This document shows, in pieces, positions 30,262 through 36,433 of a stretch of 36,433 nt of DNA (within the stretch, counting starts at the first letter, position 1; every line of letters starts with the position of its first letter). The position numbers and the translations under genes are program-made. The notes beneath the pieces were generated by a model, which was not told where the DNA came from, ran no database searches, and saw nothing but the letters and a program-made list of their open reading frames with translations. The DNA comes from Eubacteriales bacterium (GTDB lineage: Bacteria; Bacillota; Clostridia; Oscillospirales; CAG-272), in assembly GCA_045659845.1 (NCBI GenBank), contig JAZRCQ010000294.1, positions 1 to 36,433 on the forward strand. The letters run 5' to 3'.

Positions 30262-31290
30262 TCAGCGGCGTTCCTTCTTTTTCAGCACAAATGCGGCGCC
30301 GAGAAGCGCAACCATAGCCGCGCCTCCTGCCAGCGAGGATCCGCATCCGCCCTTGGACGATGCATCGCCGCTATCGGGCGTAGGCTCTGCCGTGGGCGCA
30401 TCGGTGGGCTCGGCGGTGGGTTCGGCGGTGGGTTCGGCAGTAGGCTCCTCAAAGGGATCCTCCTCGGGCTTCAGATCGGGAAAACGATCGGAAAGACGAT
30501 GGGAAAGCAGCCATTCCCAAACGTCGGTCCTGCCGTAAACGTCCGCCCAGATTCCGTGGGTTCCATTCTCAATGGGAGTGTAGGTGATCTTGGTGCCTCC
30601 GGCCTGCTCGATGCGGGAAACCATCAGCTTCGTTCCCGTTGGAGGCACGGTGGTGTCCTTCAAGCCATGGAAGGTCCAGATGGGAATATCCTTCACCACG
30701 GCAGCCTTGTTCATATCGGCACCGCCGCAAAGAGGCATGGCCGCCGCAAAGATTTCGGGATGGCGAACGTTCAGATCCCACGTGGCATAGCCGCCCATGG
30801 AAAGCCCCGTGACGTAGTAGCGATCGGTGTCGGTGCGGTAGCTGCTCTTCAAGCTTGCCAAAAGCTCCAGCACCGCCTTGAGCTCCTGCGTTTCCGCAAT
30901 GGAATCGGTGGAATAGATGCAATCCGTCCAGTTGGACACGTTCACCCATTTTTTGGTTGCCGGACACTGGGGTGCCACCACGATGCAATCATAAACGGGG
31001 CTATCGGTGTTTTTAAAGGGCTCCACGATCCCATGCGTGAGGTGCGATTTCAGATCGTTTCCGCGCTCGCCCGCACCGTGCATAAAGAGGATCACGGGGT
31101 ACTTTTTCGAGGGGGTATAATCCTTCGGCAGGTAGATGCTGTAGTTGAGCACGTAGCCGTCGGCGGCGGTGAATTGCTTTCCCTCAAACAATTCATCCAT
31201 GTTTGGCTCCACGGTTTCTGCCCCGGAAGTCACCGAAAGCATGGTGGCGAGCAGCACCATCATGGCCATCAGAAGCATTGCTTTTTTCAT
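30262..31290 (-). CDS. Secreted alpha/beta-hydrolase esterase (phospholipase/carboxylesterase or PHB-depolymerase-like) with a Pro/Thr-rich linker and a C-terminal hydrophobic anchor
   Basis: Start set at MKKAMLLMAMM (cat 31288-31290), with GGAGGA 5 nt upstream. Signal peptide; YPVILFMHGAGERG; nucleophile elbow GLSMGG; HG..D; (EPTA)n linker. The C-terminus reads GGCGSSLAGGAAMVALLGAAFVLKKKERR. Confidence 0.75.
   Translation of the reverse strand: MKKAMLLMAMMVLLATMLSVTSGAETVEPNMDELFEGKQFTAADGYVLNYSIYLPKDYTPSKKYPVILFMHGAGERGNDLKSHLTHGIVEPFKNTDSPVYDCIVVAPQCPATKKWVNVSNWTDCIYSTDSIAETQELKAVLELLASLKSSYRTDTDRYYVTGLSMGGYATWDLNVRHPEIFAAAMPLCGGADMNKAAVVKDIPIWTFHGLKDTTVPPTGTKLMVSRIEQAGGTKITYTPIENGTHGIWADVYGRTDVWEWLLSHRLSDRFPDLKPEEDPFEEPTAEPTAEPTAEPTDAPTAEPTPDSGDASSKGGCGSSLAGGAAMVALLGAAFVLKKKERR
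30380..30451 (-). repeat. Six tandem 12-nt units (consensus gtgggttcggcg) encoding the (A)EPT linker of the esterase
   Basis: Units at 30380, 30392, 30404, 30416, 30428 and 30440. They translate on the minus strand to EEPTAEPTAEPTAEPTDAPTAEPT. Confidence 0.85.
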
Positions 31291-31337
31291 AATGTCCTCC
31301 AAAATCAATAAGGTTCGGCACCTTTGGTACCGAACCT

Positions 31338-31366
31338 ATTATATCAAATATTTTGCGTTCTGTCAA
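31338..31366 (-). promoter_or_regulatory. Promoter TTGACA-N17-(TGa)TATAAT of the esterase gene
   Basis: Minus strand TTGACAgaacgcaaaatatttgaTATAAT. The -35 box is at complement 31361-31366 and the -10 box at complement 31338-31343. A 10-bp hairpin (GGTTCGGTAC/GTGCCGAACC, ~31311-31337) lies in the 5' UTR. Confidence 0.55.
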
Positions 31367-31394
31367 GGCGTGGCACCTAATTGGTGTCTTTTTC

Positions 31395-31943
31395 TCACAG
31401 CCTTACGACTGTGTAGCCATGCCTCATTTCCGGAAGGATGCGCTCCGTGAGATCCTCCCGACGGATCCGCAGGCTGGACGTGTTGATGCAGGGATGCATG
31501 CCGATCCACTCCGATTCCAGCACGTCGCCGTCGATCAGAAGGCGCACTCTGCCCTCGGTGTCATTCATCAACCCCAGCACGCTGGCCGATCCGGGCGTGC
31601 ATCCAAGCAGCTGCTCCATATCCTCGGGGGAGGCAAAGGAGAGGCGCGAGGATTGGATCTGCGCGGAGAGATCCTTTGTGTGAAACACCTTATCTCCCCG
31701 AAGCATCAGCAGATAAAAGGCGGTTTTCTGACGGTTGCAAAGCAAGAGATTCTTGCAAATGGCCGCCTCCAGCACGCGATCGATCTCCCGACAAACCTCC
31801 ATCGTCATAGCAGGCGCATGGTCGATCCGCTCATATTCGATCCCCAGCTCCTCCAGAAGCGCATAGCATTTCTGCTCTCTGATCAGTCGCTCCGACAGCT
31901 CCTTCGGCGCGCCCTGCTCTCTTTTCAGCTCCTGCCCGCTCAT
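31395..31943 (-). CDS. YbaK/ProX-type aminoacyl-tRNA trans-editing (deacylase) domain protein
   Basis: Start set at MSGQELK (cat 31941-31943), forming an ATGA overlap with the metA stop (31940-31942). ...[29 protein letters not shown]....[24 protein letters not shown] is typical of prolyl-tRNA-synthetase-associated editing domains. Confidence 0.7.
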   Translation of the reverse strand: MSGQELKREQGAPKELSERLIREQKCYALLEELGIEYERIDHAPAMTMEVCREIDRVLEAAICKNLLLCNRQKTAFYLLMLRGDKVFHTKDLSAQIQSSRLSFASPEDMEQLLGCTPGSASVLGLMNDTEGRVRLLIDGDVLESEWIGMHPCINTSSLRIRREDLTERILPEMRHGYTVVRL

Positions 31944-32857
31944 TGGATCTTGGAAATATCGTAGGGCGTGGTTTGATAAACGAAATAGTTCAGCCAATTG
32001 CAATAAAGCAGATTGGCATGAGAACGCCACGTTACCATCGGTGCCTGACTCGGATCGTTGTTGGGATAGTAATTCTTCGGGATCTTGATGGGCTTTCCCT
32101 CGGAAACGTCGCGATCGTATTCGCTCTTGAGCGTATGGGGATCATATTCGGGATGCCCCGTGATGAAGATCTGCTTGCCGTTTTCCGTTGCCATAGCGAA
32201 AATGCCCGCCTCCTCGGAGGAAGCCAGGATCTTCAGGCCGGGAACGGCTCTTGCGGCGGCCTCGTCGATACCCGTGTGACGGGAATGAGGCACCATAAAG
32301 CGATCATCAAAGCCGCGGAACAGAATAGAGCGCTTGTATTCCACCTCATGCGGGAACACGCCGAACATCTTCTCCCCCAGCGGAACCTTGTTCACGCCGA
32401 AGTGATAATAGAGTCCTGCCTGCGCGCCCCAGCAGATATGAAAGGTGCTATGCACGTGGTGACGGCTCCACTCCATGATCTCGCAAAGCTCCTCCCAATA
32501 TTCAACCTCCTCGAAGGGCATTTGCTCCACGGGAGCTCCCGTGATGATCATGCCGTCGAAATTGCGATGCTTCACGTCATCGAAGGTTTTATAGAAGGAG
32601 AGCAGATGCTCCTTGGACACGTTTTTGGATTGATGGCTCTTGGTGTGGATCAGCTCCAGCTCCACCTGCAGAGGAGTGTTGCCCAAAAGACGGGAAAACT
32701 GCGTTTCGGTCTCGATCTTTTTCGGCATCAGATTCAAAATCAGGATCTTCAAGGGGCGGATATCCTGCGTGATCGCGCGCGTTTCGGTCATCACGAAGAT
32801 GTTTTCATCGGTTAAGACCTTGACTGCGGGCAGATCGTTCGGTATTCTAATAGGCAT
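31940..32857 (-). CDS. metA: Homoserine O-acyltransferase (MetA family; acetyl- or succinyl-transferring)
   Basis: 305 aa. [23 protein letters not shown]...[24 protein letters not shown]...PLQVE..L........HF..CWGAQA match MetA along the full length. Confidence 0.93.
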   Translation of the reverse strand: MPIRIPNDLPAVKVLTDENIFVMTETRAITQDIRPLKILILNLMPKKIETETQFSRLLGNTPLQVELELIHTKSHQSKNVSKEHLLSFYKTFDDVKHRNFDGMIITGAPVEQMPFEEVEYWEELCEIMEWSRHHVHSTFHICWGAQAGLYYHFGVNKVPLGEKMFGVFPHEVEYKRSILFRGFDDRFMVPHSRHTGIDEAAARAVPGLKILASSEEAGIFAMATENGKQIFITGHPEYDPHTLKSEYDRDVSEGKPIKIPKNYYPNNDPSQAPMVTWRSHANLLYCNWLNYFVYQTTPYDISKIQ

Positions 32858-32872
32858 TGCTTCAACTCCAAA

Positions 32873-34156
32873 TCAAATATTTTCCAGCGCCTGACGGAGA
32901 TCCTCGATGAGATCCTCCGTTCCCTCCAGACCGCAGGAGAGGCGGATCAGATCGGCGGAAACGCCTGCCGCCAAAAGCTCCTCGTCGTTCATCTGACGGT
33001 GCGTGGTGCTGGCGGGATGCAGGCAGCAGGAGCGGGCATCGGCTACGTGGGTTTCGATGGCGGCGATCTTCAGCCCCTCCATCAGCTTTCCTGCGGCCTC
33101 TCTGCCACCCTTCACGCCGAAGCTGATCACGCCGCAGCTACCGTTTGGCAGGTACTTCTCAGCCAGCGAGTGGTTTTTATCGTTTTTCAGACCGGGATAC
33201 ACCACCCAGGAGATCTTTTCATGCTTCTCCAGAAATTCCGCCACGGCCTGCGCATTGGCGCAATGTCTGGCCATTCTCACATGGAGGCTTTCCAGCCCCA
33301 TATTCAGGAGGAAGGCGCTCTGAGGCGACTGCACCGAGCCGAAATCTCTCATCAGCTGAGCGGTTGCCTTGGTGATATAGGCTCCCTCCAGTCCGAAGTC
33401 CTTGGCGTAGGTCACGCCGTGGTAGCTATCGTCGGGCGTGCAGAGGCCGGGGAACTTATCGGGGTAAGCCAGCCAATTGAACTTGCCCGAATCCACGATG
33501 CATCCGCCAACGGCGGCACCGTGACCATCCATATACTTGGTGGTGGAGTGGGTGACGATATCGGCGCCCCACTCGAAGGGACGGCAATTCACGGGGGTGG
33601 CAAAGGTGTTGTCCACGATCAGCGGGACGCCGTGGGCGTGGGCCACCCTTGCAAACTTCTCAATATCCAGCACGGTGAGCGCGGGATTGGCGATGGTCTC
33701 ACCGAACACGGCCTTGGTGTTGGGGCGGAAGGCGGCATTCAGCTCCTCCTCGGTGGCATCGGGGGAAACGAAGGTGAATTCGATGCCCATGCGCTTCATG
33801 GTGACGGCAAACAGATTGAAGGTGCCTCCGTAGATGGTGGCGGAGGAAACGATATGGTCGCCGCAGGAGGCAATGTTGAAAATGCTATAGAAGGAGGCCG
33901 CCTGACCGGAGGAGGTCAGCATAGCGGCAGTGCCTCCCTCCAGCTCACAGATCTTCTTTGCCACCGTGTCGCAGGTGGGATTCTGCAATCTGGAATAGAA
34001 ATAACCGGAGGCCTTCAGATCGAACAGGGCTCCCATGGCGTCGCCCGTGGTGTATTTGAAGGTGGTGCTTTGCACGATGGGGATCTGACGGGGCTCGCCG
34101 TTGCCGGGGGTGTAGCCGCCCTGCACGCAAACGGTATCCTTGCTATAGTTGCTCAT
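32873..34156 (-). CDS. metY: O-acetylhomoserine aminocarboxypropyltransferase / sulfhydrylase (PLP-dependent)
   Basis: Start set at MSNYSKDTVCVQGGY (cat 34154-34156, AAGGAGAGAA RBS). ...IVQSTTFKY..., YSRLQNPT, and the PLP-Lys context HSTTKYMDGHG. Confidence 0.92.
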   Translation of the reverse strand: MSNYSKDTVCVQGGYTPGNGEPRQIPIVQSTTFKYTTGDAMGALFDLKASGYFYSRLQNPTCDTVAKKICELEGGTAAMLTSSGQAASFYSIFNIASCGDHIVSSATIYGGTFNLFAVTMKRMGIEFTFVSPDATEEELNAAFRPNTKAVFGETIANPALTVLDIEKFARVAHAHGVPLIVDNTFATPVNCRPFEWGADIVTHSTTKYMDGHGAAVGGCIVDSGKFNWLAYPDKFPGLCTPDDSYHGVTYAKDFGLEGAYITKATAQLMRDFGSVQSPQSAFLLNMGLESLHVRMARHCANAQAVAEFLEKHEKISWVVYPGLKNDKNHSLAEKYLPNGSCGVISFGVKGGREAAGKLMEGLKIAAIETHVADARSCCLHPASTTHRQMNDEELLAAGVSADLIRLSCGLEGTEDLIEDLRQALENI

Positions 34157-34185
34157 GTTCTTCTCTCCTTTATTTCGGTTGTTCT

Positions 34186-34992
34186 TCAGATTTTTAACAG
34201 TTTTTTCACGTTCCCGCCGAGGATAGCCTCGCATTCCCAATCCTCCAGCTCCAATGCTTCAAAGAGCCGCATTTCATTCTGCGGATCGTGAAGCGGAAAG
34301 TCGGTGCCGAACAGGACTCTCTCTGCGCCGTAGCGGCGGATGATCTCCTTGGAGGTCTCCAACGGAATATAGGACAAACTGGAGGAGCAATCCACAATGA
34401 GATTGGGCTGCTCCGTTAGCTCCACACTCGCCTTTTCCCAGATCGACCAGCCACCGAAATGGGCGCCGATCACGGTGAGGCGAGGAAATTTTTTCAAAAC
34501 GGGCAACAGACGATTGGGATTGGACATATCGTAGCGGTAATCGCCCGTATGCAAAAGCACCGGCAGGCCCGCCTCCTGACACAGCTCGTAGATCGGCATA
34601 CAGCGCTCATCGTCGATGCAGAAGCCCTGAATATCGGGATGCAGCTTAATGCCCTTCAGCCCCAGCTGCAACGCCTCCTCAAAATCGGCTTTCTGATCCT
34701 CGCTTTCGGGATGCAGCGTGCCAAAGCCGATGAGGCTTTCACGATGTGCTTCCACCTCGGAGGCAATAAAGCGATTGATGCTTGCCACCTGACGGGGGGA
34801 CGTGGCCACCGACTGGACCACAAACCGATCCACGCCAACGCTTCTTCCCTTTTCCATCAGCTCTTCCAGCGTGCCCGTGCAGGCAGGAGGCTCACTATAA
34901 AAATTCCCCACGCTGATCGCCGCCTTGGCCGCGATCTTCTCGGGATAAATATGACAATGAGGATCGATCACCTCATAGCGATTCTTCCACAT
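34186..34992 (-). CDS. Amidohydrolase-2 family (PF04909-like) metal-dependent TIM-barrel hydrolase
   Basis: Start set at MWKNRYEVIDPHCHIYP (cat 34990-34992, AGGTGGAGA RBS). The HxH motif near the N-terminus, LHPD, VLLHTGD and the C-terminal LFGTDFP are typical of the family. Confidence 0.7.
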   Translation of the reverse strand: MWKNRYEVIDPHCHIYPEKIAAKAAISVGNFYSEPPACTGTLEELMEKGRSVGVDRFVVQSVATSPRQVASINRFIASEVEAHRESLIGFGTLHPESEDQKADFEEALQLGLKGIKLHPDIQGFCIDDERCMPIYELCQEAGLPVLLHTGDYRYDMSNPNRLLPVLKKFPRLTVIGAHFGGWSIWEKASVELTEQPNLIVDCSSSLSYIPLETSKEIIRRYGAERVLFGTDFPLHDPQNEMRLFEALELEDWECEAILGGNVKKLLKI

Positions 34993-35298
34993 CCATCGGT
35001 CTCCACCTTGTCGATTTTTCCAAAAGCATATCGGGTTCTCCCGCGCAAGCATGGATGGAAGAGAAAAAGCCCCAAAGCCTTCTTCGCAGATCGGCTTCAG
35101 GACGAGCTCCTTCGCGGTGTCACCCAAATTGCCGCTTTCAGCGGCCTCTCATCGGGCTCCGTGAAGCCCTTAGCCACGGCAATGAGGCGAGCCGTGACCA
35201 CCCACTTTCCTTCAGCGATCTGCTCAGGAGAGGCGCTCCTCCCCATCGGATCAAGCAAAAAACGGGAAAGAACGCTTCCTTCATCGCATTTTGAAATA
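34993..35298 (-). promoter_or_regulatory. ~300-nt structured leader of the amidohydrolase-metY-metA-ybaK operon (riboswitch-like, class unresolved)
   Basis: Lies between a consensus promoter and the first RBS. On the minus strand it contains GCGAUGA, the hairpins CACGGC/GCCGUG, GGGCU/AGCCC and GCCGC-UGAAA-GCGGC, and two T-box-like strings (GUGGGUGGUCACGGC and AAUUUGGGUGACACCGCG). I could not fit a canonical T-box Stem I, a T-box antiterminator or the SAM-I consensus. Confidence 0.4.
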
Positions 35299-35304
35299 TA
35301 ACGT

Positions 35305-35333
35305 ATTATATCACAATCTCACGGATTTGTCAA
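35305..35333 (-). promoter_or_regulatory. Promoter TTGACA-N17-(TGa)TATAAT of the met operon
   Basis: Minus strand TTGACAaatccgtgagattgtgaTATAAT. The -35 box is at complement 35328-35333 and the -10 box at complement 35305-35310. Confidence 0.65.
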
Positions 35334-35413
35334 GAAGTTTTCTTGTTTTCTTCCCGATCCCTCCGATTTCGCGAATGAAATCCGGTTCTTTCCCATTCAT
35401 TTGATGCGGCAGA

Positions 35414-35947
35414 TCAGAAGTCGGCGCCGATCTGCATCGCCTTGAAGTTGATATCCAGCATATCCGCACGCTTCGCGGAGATCACCTTTTTCAGGGCCGC
35501 CTCCACGTCGGATCTTTCAAACTGCTCCATCACCTTGAGGATCTTGCCCACGATGATCATATTTGCCAGCGTGGGGAAGCCGTTGTCACTGGCCAGACGG
35601 GTGGCGGGGATGGCATAGACCGTGACGTCCTTGCGCTTCACTTCCCTTTCCACCAGCGTGGAACCCACGAAAATGATGCCGCCGGGGGCAACGGAATCCT
35701 CATACTTATCCAGCGAAGGGAGATTCATGGCCACCAGCACGTCGGGGGTGTTCACGATGGGAGAGCCCACGGGCTCGTCGCCAACGATCACTCCGCAGCT
35801 GGCCGTGCCGCCGCGCATTTCGGGGCCATAGGAGGGGAGCCAGCTCACCTGCTTCTCCTCGATCAGTCCCTTATATGCGATAAACTTGCCTGCAAACAGG
35901 ATGCCCTGTCCGCCGAAGCCCGAAAACAAATACTGCACGGTGCTCAT
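35414..35947 (-). CDS. 2-oxoacid:ferredoxin oxidoreductase, gamma subunit
   Basis: 177 aa. FSGFGGQGILFAGKFIA......SWLPSYGPEMRGGTASC.V is the canonical OFOR gamma signature. There is a 4-nt overlap with the upstream beta subunit gene. Confidence 0.9.
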   Translation of the reverse strand: MSTVQYLFSGFGGQGILFAGKFIAYKGLIEEKQVSWLPSYGPEMRGGTASCGVIVGDEPVGSPIVNTPDVLVAMNLPSLDKYEDSVAPGGIIFVGSTLVEREVKRKDVTVYAIPATRLASDNGFPTLANMIIVGKILKVMEQFERSDVEAALKKVISAKRADMLDINFKAMQIGADF

Positions 35948-36433
35948 TCCGCCACCTCCCCGTTCTGCGATCTGTCCTTATAAACGCCCAGCGGATAGTA
36001 GGGGATCATCTTTTCGTCGATCCACTGCAGAGCCTTCTGCGGCGTCATACCCCAGTTGGTGGGGCAAGTGGAAAGCACCTCGATCAGCGAGAAGCCCTTG
36101 CCGTCCAGCTGATTCCGGAAAGCCTTCTTGATCGCCTTCTTGGCGTTCTTGATATTCTTCACGCTATTCACGGTTACGCGCTCCAGATATTCGGGGCCCT
36201 CCAGCTCGGAAAGCATCTCGCACACCTTCACGGGGTAGCCGCAATGGTTCACGTCTCTGCCGTAGGGAGAGGTCTGGGTGACCTGTCCGGGAAGGGGCGT
36301 GGGAGCCATCTGACCGCCCGTCATACCGTAGATTGCGTTGTTGATGAAGATGATGGTGATGTTCTCGTTGCGGGCAGCAGCGTGAACGGTTTCAGCCGTG
36401 CCGATGGAGGCAAGGTCGCCGTCGCCCTGATAG
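35944..36433 (-). CDS. 2-oxoacid:ferredoxin oxidoreductase, beta (TPP-binding) subunit; 5' end lies beyond the window edge
   Basis: The frame stays open to position 36433. It translates ...YQGDGDLASIGTAETVHAAARNENITIIFINNAIYGMTGGQMAPT..., carrying the GDGD TPP/Mg motif. The ORF-track start at 36324 is an internal Met. Confidence 0.88.
   Translation of the reverse strand, partial: YQGDGDLASIGTAETVHAAARNENITIIFINNAIYGMTGGQMAPTPLPGQVTQTSPYGRDVNHCGYPVKVCEMLSELEGPEYLERVTVNSVKNIKNAKKAIKKAFRNQLDGKGFSLIEVLSTCPTNWGMTPQKALQWIDEKMIPYYPLGVYKDRSQNGEVAE

Noticed and set aside
30380-30451. Tandem 12-nt repeats, considered as a possible CRISPR or non-coding VNTR
   Set aside because: The units are contiguous with no spacers, are far shorter than CRISPR repeats, and lie in-frame inside the esterase gene, where they encode an (EPTA)n linker.
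34993-35298. Calling the met-operon leader a Met-specific T-box on the strength of the GGGUGGUCACGG and UUGGGUGACACCGCG strings
   Set aside because: I could not build Stem I (no AG bulge, distal loop or specifier loop). I also could not build a T-box antiterminator with a UGGN bulge and matching A1/A2 helices. It is kept only as an unclassified structured leader.

Overview
36.4-kb chromosomal window from a fairly GC-rich Gram-positive anaerobe, probably Clostridia/Oscillospirales. This is a guess from the T-box leaders, the many TTGACA-N17-(TGn)TATAAT promoters and the gene content. I support about 31 real CDSs, one tRNA, three clear T-box riboswitches, one unclassified structured leader, and several promoters, terminators and operator-like palindromes. 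Many long ORFs in the six-frame track are antisense shadows of real genes and are rejected. I saw no CRISPR array, transposase, integrase or rRNA.

The main result is at 2.0-11.7 kb. Three T-box leaders each drive an acyl-CoA ligase operon: (1) specifier UUC (Phe) drives phenylacetate-CoA ligase plus an ACT-domain protein; (2) specifier CUC (Leu) drives a catalytically degenerate LeuA-like protein, a TIM-barrel::acyl-CoA synthetase fusion and a MaoC dehydratase; (3) a probable AUC (Ile) specifier drives an HTH-cupin::medium-chain acyl-CoA synthetase fusion. Classical T-box targets are tRNA synthetases, biosynthetic genes and transporters. I read this as a tRNA-charging-controlled regulon that makes Phe, Leu and Ile from phenylacetate, isovalerate and 2-methylbutyrate by acid activation followed by reductive carboxylation. 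This is a hypothesis.

Other points:
- a roughly 2-kb very AT-rich islet with a single orphan membrane-protein gene, next to tRNA-Leu(GAG);
- a methionine operon (amidohydrolase-metY-metA-ybaK) behind a ~300-nt structured leader that I could not classify;
- a response regulator / histidine kinase / HtrA / zinc-ribbon envelope-stress operon;
- ArsR-SdpI and PadR-DUF2812 regulator/membrane-protein pairs;
- housekeeping genes ychF, mgsA, an M32 carboxypeptidase and a CyuA-like cysteine desulfidase;
- three exported or anchored proteins;
- the end of a 2-oxoacid:ferredoxin oxidoreductase operon at the right edge.
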